From Vicugna vicugna (taxonomy: Eukaryota): a DNA stretch of 64,000 nt. A model generated the notes under the pieces. The model saw nothing but the letters and a program-made list of their open reading frames with translations. It did not search any database and had not been told where the DNA came from. This document shows positions 1 to 12,405 of the stretch, piece by piece (positions within the stretch are counted from its first letter, which is position 1; each line of letters starts with the position of its first letter). The stretch covers positions 1,793,280-1,857,279 of the forward strand of contig MU063057.1 in the NCBI GenBank assembly GCA_013265495.1, given 5' to 3'. The position numbers and the translations under genes were made by a program.

Positions 1-3000
1 GCGGGCAGGGAGGAGCCCCCATGCTGCCCCTCCCCCCAGAACTCAGCAACCAGGAATGGTGGGTCACCTCCCAGCCCTGCCACCGGCCATCATGGGCCAT
101 GCGGCAACTTTCCTCACCTTGCCAGGTATTCTCAGCTGTGAAATGGGCCCATCAGCTCTCACTCCTAGGAGTTAAGACCAGGCCCTGTGTCCAGGGGACA
201 CCTACACAGACACACACAGGCCTCCCCAGGCCAGCCCTACCCCACGTTCCCGCCTCTCATCGCCTGCCTTTTTCTCCAGCCCAGCTGCTGACCCAGAAGA
301 CACCCCTCACTCCCCTTTCCCTCCCAGCAGCCCCCAAGACCAACTCCACCCCTGCCCTCACCTTCCAGAGCATTCCATCAGCTTCTTTCATCACAAGATC
401 TAAGGTGCTTTATACACTTCCTTTCATGGGCAGGGAAACTGAGGTCCAGAGAGGGTAAGAAAGACTCCCCAATGGAGCGCCCAGTCCCATCCAAGGCCCA
501 AGGAACATGGGCTCCAGGACCCTGAAACCCCATGGCAAGGCCCTCTCCCGGTCTGGCCTCTCTGCTGGCCAGCAGCCTCTCCACCTCCTGGCACAGCTCC
601 GGGCAAGGGCCAGGCAGATGTAAAGGCCCCATTCCCGCCCCCTTTCCCCTTCTCTGATAGAAACTGAGACACGATGCAAGATCTGCCTCGCTGTTCCTCC
701 CTGCCCACCCCACCCCCGCTGCCCTGTCCCCTAAAGGCCTCAGCCATGTGCCACCCCCACCAGGGAGCAGGTGGAGGAAGTGGACTTGGCAGCCACTGCT
801 GTGGGCTGGGCACTGGTATAACTGGTTTGGGCCCAGCCTGGGGCTCAGGGCTGGGAGGCCAGGCTCCCAAGGAGGGCACAGACCTTGGCCCTGAGTCACT
901 TAGCAGGTGAGGGGGCAGCCCTGTGACTCATGGCCTGGAGCCTGGCACCTCACAGCCTGGGGAGGCCTCTATCATCCCCTCCCCCACAGCGGGCCGTGTG
1001 CCTCGGAGGTGGGCAGCACCAGCCTACCAAGGCCACCAGGCCCAGGGATCTGCAAAAGGGGGCGCCACGCATCAAACCTCGCTGACGGCGGAGTCAGACA
1101 GAGCCAGGCCTCGCTGAGGACTTGGTGTGCTGAGTGACGGTGGGACGTGAGGTCTTTACGGAGCACTGAAGGGGCAGCCCTGCACAGCAAATCATAGGTC
1201 CAGCTGGGCTCTGGCCCCCTGGAGATGGCCCACCAGGGTGGCCACTCAATTCAGGCCTCAGCTGGGGGAGTGTCCAGCCACAGACTCTAGAGGTCAGGCA
1301 AAGCTGGGCCTCAGGGTCAATGGCCAGCCCTCCTGGGCCCTAACTGTCTGGCATGTGGCCCCACTCTGGCCCTCAGCCCCGCTCTGTGCCCCGTGGGCCC
1401 TGGATGACTCAGCTGGTATGACCCACTCCTTATCCGGAGGCCTGGGAAAGCCAGCCTCCCTGAGGACTGTACCTCTGCCCCTGGTCCGGGCACCTGATCC
1501 TGCTGACATGGCGTTTCCGCCCCAGTGACACGGCAGCTTCCCTGACGCTGATGAGCGGATGTTCGGGGCTGCCCCGAGCAGCTCTGGGACAGGAGTGGCT
1601 CAGGGGCCGGCCGGGCTTCCTGCCCTGCCTGGTGCTCCGGTTCCTCACAAGCTGTGCCGGGCCGCACCCCGGAGGTCGCCCAGGCCCTGCAGAGAGAGCC
1701 TGGGTGCTGCGGGCACTAGGAAGTACACGGACAGGGCACAAATGGCTGCGAGCTCAGTCTAGACCTGAGAACCAGAAGTCAGTGTTGCAGGCGGAGGGAA
1801 AGCCCAGCAAAGGCCCTGGGGCAGGAAGGGTCTTGGGGCTTGCCTGAGGTCTGTGTGGTCAGATGCTCCGGAGAATGGAGGGCTATAAAGAGTTAGGCCA
1901 GATCCAGCTTGAAGGCCTTTTTCCGGAACCTGGAAGCCAGAGTGGGGCTGAATCAGGAGTGGCCCCACAAGACGTCTGTTTTCAGACACGGCTCTAGCCA
2001 CAGCGTTGTGGCCTGTGGATCGGGAAGAGCAGGGAGATTCTTGGCCCCAAGCTCAGGCTGGACATCCAGTGACTGTCGAGAGCCCCTCACAGCCAGGCTT
2101 CACCTGGAGTTGGGTCCCCACAGACCCCAGACTGCCCTCCAGGTTGGACAGGACAGGGGTAAACAGCCCGGGAGGCCCTGAGCCCCACCAGCAGCCAGGC
2201 CCGGGGGGACCGTGGCCAAGAGCCGTCACCTCTCAGACCCCAGAGCAGGCGGGGAGGGCAGCCCCAGCCGCAGGAGGAGTGGTCACCCCAGAGCTAGGCA
2301 GAAGACCCATGATGTGGGGCGGAAAGTCCACACGGAGTGGGCGGGTAGCCAGGCCCACCGCCCTCCTGATAATGTCACATCGGTAAGTTCCGGGCCCTCA
2401 AGATAAGGATGAAAGGCAGTGTTTGCCGCTGCTGCAGTTTGACCAGGGCCAGTGGCAGCCATGACGAGCCGTGGTCAGTCCCAAAAGCCTCCCCCGGGGG
2501 GACGCAGGGTGGGCTGGCTCCAGGACAGCCTTGGGGCGGACAGGGGGTCCTGGCAGGGGACTCCCTGTGAGTCCAGCCCTCATTTGCCTCTGAGGAAAAG
2601 AGGTCACCCAGCTAGGTAGCCACGGGGAAGGGACAAGGATTCAGGTGTCCTGAGTCCGGCCCAGTGGCCTTTCAGGGTGTCCATGGGTCCATGTGTCTAG
2701 TCTCCTGTCCAGCCACTCAGCTTAAATAAAAGGGGGTGAGTGGACAAAGACATCCTAACCATGCCTGCCTCATGGTCAGAGCTCAGTTTGTAACAAATGG
2801 TCCAATAAGCCAGTGGACACACAGCCCACAGGGGCCAACTCTGGGGGTGCGTCAACCGAAGGCCCCCGGGGAGGGGCACCCGAGTTGTGTCTTGGATGAC
2901 AGAGCAGCACCAGTTGGGGGCACGAGGCTGGAGGGTGTCCCCACGGAGCAGGCCCTCAGGGAGACCCAGGGCTGCAGTGTGTCCCTCCCATCCGTTCACT

Positions 3001-5279
3001 GTCCCTTCCGGCATTCGGTCTGAGGGAGTCAGAGTGAGCACTGAGTAGGGAAGGACACCCTGGGGCCCTGACACCCTCCAAGGGCCCTCCAGGGTCCCTG
3101 TGCCCCCTTCAGTTCCCTGGCTATCACACAAGGGACAGGAGAGATCTCAGGAGAACCGGCCTGGCTCCCTGCCATGCCCCGGGTTGCTTGTCACCAGCCT
3201 CCCAAAATAGCCATCTAAGTGGCCGCCTCTGCCCTCACAAATTCCCAGGGCATCTGGCAAAGAAAGCTGGTTTTGTCCCTGCCTGGACAGGCCCCGAGCA
3301 GTGACGTGCGGGCCTCTGAGGCCAGAGCTCTGAAGAAAGGGCCCTTCTCTCTGGACTTGGCCGCTGGGGCCAGGGTGTCCCTGCTGTCTGGGGGAGGGGG
3401 CAATGGCTCCCACACCCGGCCTCATCCCTGCCCTGGGGTCCCAGCAGAGGCCTCACTCTGGAGTCCAGTGCCCCCTGACGCTTCCTGCCCGGCAGTCAAG
3501 GGACACACCCCTTTGTTTGGAACCCTGACAGCCAGAAAACCCAGCATTCTACACAGCGGTCTTCAGCCAGGAGGTCAGAGAAGGGCCCCTGCCGATGGGC
3601 CAGTACACCACTGACCAACCGTTTGAGCTCCGGCAGGTCCCAGTCCGAGCAGTGAGGGTGGCTGAGGCCCAGCCTCTCTGGTGCTAGAGGCCCCACGGGT
3701 TTCCTTGCTGTCACGTGGGGTAGAGCCCTTTCCTGCCTGAGGTTTCCCGTGGGAGCTGTGCCTGTGTGCCTGAGCACACGTGCGTGCATGTGTGCCCGGG
3801 GTCTGGTGCTCTGGTGCAGCTGTGGTTGGGTGGGGCGGGAGCCAGATACTGGCCCTGTAGTGGAGCAAGCCCTTCACAAAGGACGGGATGCCCACTAGGA
3901 AAGAAGAGAGTGGGAGGGCCCCACAGAGAGGGCTTTGGCAGGATGCATAGGAGTTTTCTGTGCTTCTGAGGGGCAAGGTGCTTGGCCGTGACAGGCCTGG
4001 AGGTCCAAGTAGCCTGGCTCAGTAAGAAGTTCCTGTTTTACTCCTTGTCTTCCCCTCAGGGCTGGGGGTGCGGGGTGGCGGTGCCAGGCCAGCCCTCAGG
4101 AGGGAGCAGTGACAGAACAGCCAGCCCCCAGTACCCTTGCTCCCAGGTGGCCTTGGCCGCCTGGAGCTGGAGGCCGAGGCCTGCCTATGCCTTCCAGAGG
4201 GGTCAAGGGCTGAGTTCCCATGTGGTGACTCATGGAGGAGAAACGCTCCCTCAGAAATGAGAGCCTGAGTCACAGCCCTCGGTGGTGCTGTGAGGAGGGA
4301 AGGCGTCCCGGGGCTGTGTCCCAACCCCGGACCCTGCACCCCTGACCCAGTGGGCCTAGCGTGCCCTGCCCCCTCCAGGAAGCAGGGCAGGGGGAGAGGC
4401 TCCTGAGGCCCACTGAGGGCAGGCCTGTCCCCCATGAGGGGAAGGAGGCAGGACGAGGAGGGCCCCATGGTCTTCCATGAGGGTGGGTGGAGCTGCGATT
4501 CAAACCCAGGCCCCCTGCCCACCCGGCACATCGGCCCCAGTCTGTTTGGTGCCCCTCCTGGTGCCCAGCCCCAGTGCCACCTGGCGTTTTGCTGCCAGTG
4601 AGCCCTCACCCCACTGCACCTGAGTCACCGAGGGCAGAGGTCGCTGTCTCAGCCGCCATCCTCCCCCAGGAGGCCACCTCAGTCCCACCAGAGGGAGGGG
4701 GACCGAGGGAGCTGGAGACAGGGCCCTTTCCCCAGAAGACTCAGTGTCCTGCTCTACAAAGTGGGCGGGACCCTTGGCGCTGCCCTCACCTGGCACGGGT
4801 GCCTGGGACCATCCTCCTTGCTGGTTCCAGCTCCACAGAACACGGCCCCCAGGGCTCAGTGCAGGGCCCCCGGTCTCTGACAACACCGCTCTGGCCAGGA
4901 GCAGTGGGGGCCCTTCTCACCCCTTCCCTACCCCTCAGCAGCCTGGGAGCCGAACGTCCCTTGGAGAATCACCTCCACCCCTGCCCTTCCAGGGCTCACC
5001 ATCCTGGTCCCCCTGCAGCCCCCGCTCAGAGTGTCCACAGCATGAGGGGCGGGAGGGCAAGGGCTCCACCTCCTCTTTCTTCTGTCACCTGCTTGACGTG
5101 CCCTGAGGGTCCGATTCTTGCCCTCCAGCTCAGAGGCTTCAGGGACTTGGGTGGCGGGGTTTGAGCTGTCCTCAGCTGTCGGAGCCTACATGTGACTGAA
5201 GGGGCAGGTAGGGGAGATGCCCAGGGGACACCTGTGCCCTGGGGCCTGAGCGCTGTGTGACCACAACTGTCACTCCCAG

Positions 5280-5398
5280 GATTCAGTGTCCGGCCATCGT
5301 GGCTTTTGTGGTTAATCTCCTGGGAGCTGTCCTCAGTTTCACCTGCATCCCCACCAGCACCAAAGAGGCCAGCACCCAGGACCAGGCTGCCCCGCCAG
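5280..5398 (+). CDS. SLC22A18: SLC22A18 (SLC67A1) MFS transporter, internal coding exon (G)IQCPAIVAFVVNLLGAVLSFTCIPTSTKEASTQDQAAPP(G)
   Basis: Translation matches the human exon IQCPAILAALATLLGAVLSFTCIP; acceptor cccag|G at 5278-79, donor CAG|gtaagg at 5399; 119 nt, phase fits the next exon. Upstream exons are not in the window. Confidence 0.93.
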
Positions 5399-6631
5399 GT
5401 AAGGGCCACCAGATACACATAAAACGTGCCCCACCGTGCACGTCCCGTCCGGTGTCCGCTGCCAAACACACCTGGTCAGTTACACCCACCAGGGACGCTG
5501 CTTCCAGACACCCGGGCAGCGTGAGGCCTGAGCCCTCCCCGCTACCAGCCAGCAGCCTGGACCCTGGGCTAGGCCTCCCCAGCCCAGCCTTTCCTCCAGG
5601 GGGTTTGCCAAGACCACGATGTGCCAAAGCATCCGTGGTGGCTTCCCACCTGCCGGGGTGGGGGAGATGGGTGTGCTCTGTCCTTCCTTAAGCCCCTCCA
5701 GGGTGCTGGGCATCTCCCAGCTTCGGACACCATCAGAGCGGAGCCTGGGTAGGCCCAGGTGGAACCTGGGGCAGGGCGGGGGTCGTTAGCCAGGACCCGG
5801 AGGCCCAGGGCAGCTGGTCGCCATGCTGTATAGGGTGACTCGAGGGTACCAGCTTCAGGAGTGCAGCTCTGGGGGAGCACCGAGGTTGGGAGCAGAGCAC
5901 GGCCAGGTTAGGGCACATGGGTTCACCCTGCCTCCCAGGCCCCGTGGGGAGAGGTGGGGCTCCACATGGGGTCCCCTTCAGGACATCCCAGCCCATCCAC
6001 TTCCTGCCTGGCACAGCATAGGACCCCGGGCCTCTTGGCCCAGTGACCGAGAGCAACCCAGAGACCCACCTAGGAGCCAGCCCGGGACAGGAGGCCCCTG
6101 AACCACAGCTCTGATGGAACAACCCGGAAAGAGTCAGGAGGGAGGGCCTGGGGTGGGGTCAGGCCTGGAGGCACAGAGGAAGAGGGCTGAGGTGCAGGAG
6201 GAGCCTGGGAGAGTCAGGCAGGGCAGCGCAGCCAAACCCAGCTGGGAGGCTGCACCGTGGTCCTCAAGTATCCGCCAGTGGTCACTCTCAGCCACTGAGG
6301 GTGGCCCCTTCTCAGTAACGGCTGCCTCCCTGGCCTTGTCGCGCTCCTGCCGCAGCCTAGGGCTGGGCAGGGAGCAGCTGCCCTGGTTACGGGGGTTGGG
6401 GGAGCCAGGGCCTCCATTACTTGGTACCCAGGTCCAGGCCAGGTTGTCTCCCGGAATTCAGAGGTTCGCAGGGTCGGCAGGGCCTGAGGTCCAGTCCTGT
6501 GAGTGTGATGAGCTGCCTGGGGCACACCCAGGGTGCCTGTGAGGGAGACTCTGTGGAGGGCTCCCATCCCTGACAGGTACGGGTCTCCAGGCAGCTGTCC
6601 TGTGATCTGATGAACCCCTCTGGTGCCCCAG

Positions 6632-6739
6632 GTGGACCCAAGGCCAGCGTGTTTGACCTGAAGGCCATCACTCGTCTTCTGCTGCTGCCGGGCGTCCTGC
6701 CCATATTTCTGGTCAAGGTGATCTCTGGCTTCCCCTCCG
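6632..6739 (+). CDS. SLC22A18: SLC22A18 coding exon GPKASVFDLKAITRLLLLPGVLPIFLVKVISGFPS
   Basis: ccag|GT acceptor at 6630-31, CCG|gtgagt donor at 6740; 108 nt; matches human GPRASVFDLKAIASLLRLP. Confidence 0.94.
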
Positions 6740-7717
6740 GTGAGTCCTGGGCTGCCCAGCCAGGTGTCCAGAGCCTGGTGCCGCCGAAAATTCCGGGCCG
6801 TGGGGACGGAGGCCTGCGGCCCTTTGATCGCCCCTTCCCTCTGCCCTGTGCCGCGTGCTCCTAGCCTCCCTGGTGCCTGATCCGGTCACATCTGTCCCAG
6901 AGAGGAAGACGGCCGCCTGCTTTGGGCAGATGTGGCGCTCAGGCCAGAAGGAGGAGGAACAGAGAAGTGTCTGTCTTCTCCCTGCCCTCCAGCCCCTCAG
7001 GGCTCCTGCTTTACAAAAGCTCTCACTGCCCTGCCCTGAGGCCTCTTGGACAGCCTGAGGGGCAGAGAAGACGGCAGTCTGCAGGGGAAGTCACACATTC
7101 TACCGACTTCTGTGTCCCTTCTCGGTGGACCTGAGGGCATCCCTGACTACAGTCGTGCCTGGTAGCTACCCTTCAGAGCCCCCGTCTGGGGTTCTCCAAC
7201 CAGGGGAGCAGCACAGAGGACAAATTAGTGTGACATGGTTGACAGGCGTTCAAGTGCTTCCGCTTCCACGTCCACGTCAGTGCTAGAGGGTTCCCTCGGC
7301 TGCAGGAAGCTCTTTGCCTTTGCAAACCTGCCCCAGCTCCTAGGAGGGGCTCCCTAGTCAGCTCTGTCTGACATCCAGGACGGCTCTCTGGGGGCACAGT
7401 GACGGGAACTGAGTCACCGACGGCAGTCCTGGGGCCACGTCTTCCCACAGCATCAACCACCCTCCTCTGACGGCCCTGGGCTTCAGCCGCCCCGGCCATG
7501 GGGCAGCTCCCAGCACCTTCCTGCACGCAGTCCACAGTGGCCGCACGGGGAGCACCTCCCTGGCCAGCGAGGACCCCACGGAAGGTTGGCGTTGGCCTCC
7601 CGAGCCAGTCACTGCAGCCGGGCCCCTGGAGCCCTGACTGGCCAGCTGATGGGGGTGGGGTGGGGGAAGGCCCGTCCCCTAGCCTGACCTTGCAGCCTGA
7701 CCTCCCGCCTCGTCCAG

Positions 7718-7818
7718 GGCTCTTCATGGTCATGTTCTCCATCATCTCCATGGACTTCTTCCAGCTGGAGGCCGCCCAGTCCGGCTACCTCATGTCCTTC
7801 TTCGGGGTCCTCCAGATG
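7718..7818 (+). CDS. SLC22A18: SLC22A18 coding exon GLFMVMFSIISMDFFQLEAAQSGYLMSFFGVLQM
   Basis: tccag|GG acceptor, ATG|gtgagt donor; 101 nt; near-identical to the human exon. Confidence 0.95.
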
Positions 7819-8270
7819 GTGAGTGGGTGCCGGGTGCACAGGGTGGGCGGGGGTCTGGCATCCCAGGCTCTGTGGTCCCCTGCCCTCCCAGCCCCATCCA
7901 CGCTGTCGGCCTGTGTCAGGGTCCCTGGGTCCTCGCACCTGCCTGGCTGGGTTTATGAGCAGTGCAGATTCCATCCTGCATGCTCGCTTTTCGGATGTCC
8001 CCACCTTTGCCTCTGAGTCGTCCTCCTCTCTGCTCTCGGCACCCCCAGCCTGGGTCTGCGCCCACCTACCTGGTCTGCCCACCCATCTGCCCTGGGTTTC
8101 CATCTGAGAGGGGAGAGGGGAAACATCCCCCGTGCAGGCTGGTGAGCCCTTGGCCTCCCGTCAGAAACACATCGGGGGCCCATGGTCCGCGAGTGCACGT
8201 CTGGGCACTGCAGCGGACAGGGGAGGGAGGGAGGAGACCCCAGGGGTGGGCGTGTTTCAGGAGAACGGCC

Positions 8271-8342
8271 AGGCTCTGCGTTCCCCCGCCCACCTGCCCA
8301 CCAGTTAGGCTCTGCGTTCCCCCGCCCACCTGCCCACCAGTT
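8271..8342. repeat. Perfect 2 x 36-bp tandem duplication
   Basis: AGGCTCTGCGTTCCCCCGCCCACCTGCCCACCAGTT at 8271-8306 and 8307-8342. Confidence 0.97.
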
Positions 8343-9155
8343 GTGTGGCTGTGGCGGGGACAGGTGGCGACGTGCCGCCGCCACCCGGGACGTCTGCCTG
8401 ACAGCCGGAGCGCAGGAGGGCTATTCTGGGATCTGCCTGAGTCGGGGAGAGAGCTCTCGAATTCTCCGGAAGCGAGTGGCATTCCCAGCACCTCCAAGCC
8501 ATCTGCTCCCCACGCCTCTGGGCCCAGGACTGGTCCAGCCCTGACACTAAAATAGCCACACCCGGGAGGGCCCTGCCCCACTCCACTGTGGGCGGAGAGG
8601 GCCTAGCTGGGCTGGGAAGTGCCACCCTGGTGGCGGAAAAAAGATACACACAGAAAACAGCAACAGTAATAGTAATACTCTAAACTCGGGGGCCCCGGGA
8701 CCCTTGTTCTAAACGACTGCAGCAGCCTGCCTGGGGCCAGGATACCAGCCTGAGCTCATCCTGGGCTCCCCTGTACCCTGCGTGAAGCCAGCAGAACCCT
8801 TGAGACCCTCAGGGACCGACACTGGTAGCCTCTGGCCTGGCTGGGTGCGAGGGTGGGCCTGACTGAGATGAGCCTGGGGCCCCAGCACCCCGTGCAGGTG
8901 GCGATGGACACGGAGAAGAGCCTGGGGCTGAGGCCTGGGGACCCCAGCACAGGCCGACTGGATGGAGGAGGCTGCGGAGGGGTGGGCCTTCAGAGAGGGG
9001 CAGGGAGCCCACAGAGCAGCGGCGGGGTGCCAGACCCCGGGCCCTAAGTCCTGGGGGGTTGAGGTGGGTGGGCAGCTGGCCTGCAGGGTCTTGACAGAGG
9101 GCAGACTTGGGAGCTGGGTTTTCTGGTGGGATTGTTTTTGGAGAAGGGTCCTTGA

Positions 9156-9267
9156 TTTTTTTTAATTTAAATTTTATTTTTATTATGTTTTCATAGCGGA
9201 ACTGAGGATTGAACCCAGGACTGTGTTCATGCTAAGCATGTGCTGTACCACTGAGCTAAACCCCGCC
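9156..9267 (-). mobile_element. Camelid tRNA-derived SINE
   Basis: Reverse complement shows A box AGCTCAGTGGT, B box GGTTCAATCC and an A/T tail. Confidence 0.85.
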
Positions 9268-10462
9268 TTGGGGCCTGAGTTTTGTGTCTGCAGAGAGACC
9301 TGAGCCACCTTCATCAGGCCCCTCCCCACCCCCACCCAGGGCAGGGTTGGTCCCCGCGGTCCGGGGAGGTGGCCCCTCTGCAGGGTGAACTGTGCCTCCC
9401 ACCTGGTCCCCCACAGCTGATCTCGCACCTGCTGCTTCCCTTGCAAACCATTTCCGGCCCCACCCAAGGTGTGGCGGCTGCAGCCTGATCCCCAGGGAGC
9501 TACAGCACCCTCCTCCGTCAGCCCCCTGTGTGGGCGGGTCGTCGGGGTTGGGGACTCAGGGGACGGCAGCCCAGGCGGCCCTAACAAAAGAGGCAGCAGT
9601 CACCTCCCGCTGGTGGTCTTGCCGCCCTCTGTCCCTAGAGGGCCCTGCTGTGAGAGCCCCCCCGCATTTGGCCTTCATCTGCGCCCCAGGCGTGGTGCCG
9701 CTGCAGAGATGAGCAGCTTCCCTCATACCCGGGGAGTTGGAGATAAACCCCCAGCCGCCTAGCACCTGACACATCGGGGTGACAAACACCGAGGGACAGT
9801 CGAGGTCCTGGGAGGGGTAGAGATGCCGCTGTATGCGGGGTGGCTGGTGGGGCGCTTTCCACTGGCGCAGGGAGAAACCGGAGTGAGAGGACCACAGGAA
9901 GAGGAGGGGCTACAGTGCAAAGGCCCTGGGGTGACTGAGCCGGCCTGAGGGGAAAGAACCAGGCTCTGAAGACTTGCACTGGGGCGAGGGGTGGGCTGCA
10001 AGGCCAAGAAGGACCTGGATTCACTCAGATTCACTTGGAGTGGGTGCGGCCGTGAAGGGGCTGGATGTGATCTTACCGGCCCCGCACCCCATCCCAGGCC
10101 TGCTCGAGCAGGGGTGTGTATAGAACTGGGTGCTCGTGGCCAGTGTGACCTGGGAGTGGTGTTCGGGCCAGGACGAGGGTGACAGGGAGCAGGAGGGGTA
10201 AGTGGACAGGGTCTCCAGATGGGAAGTTTGGGAGAAAGCAAAACATCTGGTGTGTTTGGTAACTTCAGTTTCATGTAAGAATCCGTTAAGGCACAGAAGC
10301 TCAGTCTTTTTAAAGTTAACGGGAAAATGGACAGACAGCCTTCACCGGTCCCGGCCTTGGGGTCTGTGGGGAAAGCTGAGGCAGGTTTCCGTCCCTTGTG
10401 GTTTGGTGGTTCCCTCTTGGTGTCCTGCACTCAGAGAAACTTGCCAAACAGACCTTCCCTTT

Positions 10463-10483
10463 AAACAAACAAACAAACAAAAC
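10463..10483. repeat. (AAAC)n microsatellite
   Basis: About 5 units. Confidence 0.85.
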
Positions 10484-11039
10484 TAAGATAAGCAAGTGTG
10501 AAAGTAGGATTTTTTCTTAAGGAAGCGCATCTTTGGTTCTGGTTTCAAACAGTTTCCTTACAGCAGGCAGGCAGCAAGGAGAGTGGTCAGTCCAGTTCCG
10601 CAGGGCTGTGCTCGCCCCAGGACCCACAGCCCAGCCCAAGACACTGAGCCCTGCCTGGCCCCAGCCCCAGTGGGTGCTGCTCCAAACCCACTGTGCCCTG
10701 GGCACTTCCTGCCAGCCCGCGGACCAGAGAGGGAGCCTCACCCTGGCCTGGGAACAGCCTGAGGGCTGGGCTTGCCCTCTGAGTCACATCCACAGTGTCC
10801 TGGGTATCCCTGCTGGGGGCCCTTCCTCCCACCCTCGTGGAAAGGGCAGGAAGGGGAGCTCTAACTTCACGTGACTCTTGGCTGGCTGGCCATCCCGGGG
10901 GAGGGCGAGGAGGTCACAGCTGGGAGTGGACAGCTGAGTGTCAGTGGGGGTTACCCGGGGCTGCCACCTCCTCGGGGGCCCTCACCTGACAGGCTCAAGA
11001 CAAGGCACTGGTTCTGGGTCCTGAGGTTCACCATCCACC

Positions 11040-11135
11040 CCACCAGACTGTACCCCAGCTCCATCACCAGCCAGCTCTGGGACTTTGAGCAGGTGATGCC
11101 AGCACTCTGGGCCTCAGTGTCCCCAGTTATAACTG
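11040..11135 (+). mobile_element. MIR fragment (further short MIR cores near 130-150, 420-460, 11310-11340, 24550-24590)
   Basis: CTCTGGGCCTCAGTGTCCCCAGTTATAACTGGGG and GGAAACTGAGG-type cores. Confidence 0.5.
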
Positions 11136-11511
11136 GGGTGGTAGCCTCCTATGGTGTGGAGGACAACAGGGCTCCTGACCCAGTCCCAGCACAGGGATGG
11201 TAGACGGTAGCTGGTGTGCCTGCTCTGGCCAGCTGGTCCGAGGGCCCCAGGTAGGCACCAGGGCTCTGGGCTCAGGTCCCAGTCCAGCCACCTCCTCCTC
11301 TCTGGGCCCTGGTCTCCCCATCTGTGAAATGGGCAGGTCCTACCTCCCAGAAGAGGCAGCCAAAGAGGGGGCTGAGGAAGAGTGGCTGGCTGGGATGGGG
11401 GCACACAGGGGCCAGTGACAAGGAAGGGGGCTTCCCAGGGCCACAAGGGAACCCAGGTTTTGGAGTCAGGGCCACACTGTGAGCATGTTCATATCAAAGC
11501 AGCTTTTTTTT

Positions 11512-11634
11512 GGCAGGAAGGTAGAGCTCAGTGGTAGAGCACATGTTTAGTTTAGCATGCTTAAGGTCCTGGGTTCAATCTCCAGTACCTTCATTTAAAA
11601 AAAAAATTTTAACAATAAGAAAAATGTTAAAAAA
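11512..11634 (+). mobile_element. Camelid tRNA-derived SINE
   Basis: AGCTCAGTGGTAGAGCACATG...GGTCCTGGGTTCAATCTCCAGTACCT plus A tail. Confidence 0.85.
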
Positions 11635-11980
11635 TTTTTTTTAATGCTAAGAAGTTTTTGCACCATAAGCCATTGCCTCCCCAACCCCCCGTCAGGAGTT
11701 AACTGAACCTTTGGTTAAAACATGTTCATCATGTCTGAAATTGGAGACAAGATTACATTGAACGTGGAACTCAGACCTCTGAGCGGCTGGCTGTACGTGT
11801 GTGTGCACATGTGTGTGCAGGCAGGCCATGTCCGTGCATGGGTTCCACCCTCTGCCCTGCGCCTGGTTGCTGCTAGGGGTGGTGGCAGGGGCCCCAAGGG
11901 CTGCAGAGGGTGGGGGAGGCTCTGGGAGACCCCCTTCCAGGGCTCCACCACACCCACCTCCACCTTCTCGCCCTCGCCAG

Positions 11981-12082
11981 GTCATCCAGGGCCTGGTCAT
12001 CGGACGACTGAGCAGCCACTTCTCTGAGGGAGCCCTGCTCCGGGCCAGCGTGCTAGTCTTCAGCGTCGTGGGCCTGGCCATG
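11981..12082 (+). CDS. SLC22A18: SLC22A18 coding exon VIQGLVIGRLSSHFSEGALLRASVLVFSVVGLAM
   Basis: Pyrimidine tract plus gccag|GTC acceptor, ATG|gtgaga donor; 102 nt, phase 0/0. Confidence 0.95.
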
Positions 12083-12284
12083 GTGAGAGCGCCCTGCTCA
12101 GGCTGCCCCCACAATGAGTGGGTCTCAGGCCCGCTCCCCTGACCCTCTGCAGGTGCCCAGTTTGTACTTGAGGCCCTGGGTCCCTCCATCCTCACCCAGG
12201 GCCACCTCTGTGGGACCTCAGGGGTGGGCCCCCCAATCCTGGTCCGTGTGGCCCCCAATCACCAGGGTCCCTGCTCTGCACCAG

Positions 12285-12405
12285 GCGCTGATGGACAACA
12301 TCTTCCACTTCTGTCTCCTGATGCCCGGCCTGGTCTTCAGCCTGTGTGCCCTCAACGTGGTCACCGACAGCATGCTGACCAAGGCCGTCTCGGCCTCAGA
12401 CACCG
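12285..12405 (+). CDS. SLC22A18: SLC22A18 coding exon ALMDNIFHFCLLMPGLVFSLCALNVVTDSMLTKAVSASDT
   Basis: accag|GCG acceptor, CCG|gtgagt donor; 121 nt (40 codons + 1). Confidence 0.95.

Noticed and set aside
1-5279. Upstream SLC22A18 exons, SLC22A18AS, CDKN1C or KvDMR1
   Set aside because: No matching coding sequence or CpG island; this is intron and those elements lie left of the window.
10520-10575. Cryptic acceptor cluster TTTCCTTACAG-CAG-GCAG-GCAG in an SLC22A18 intron
   Set aside because: No convincing partner donor nearby; cannot be supported without RNA data.
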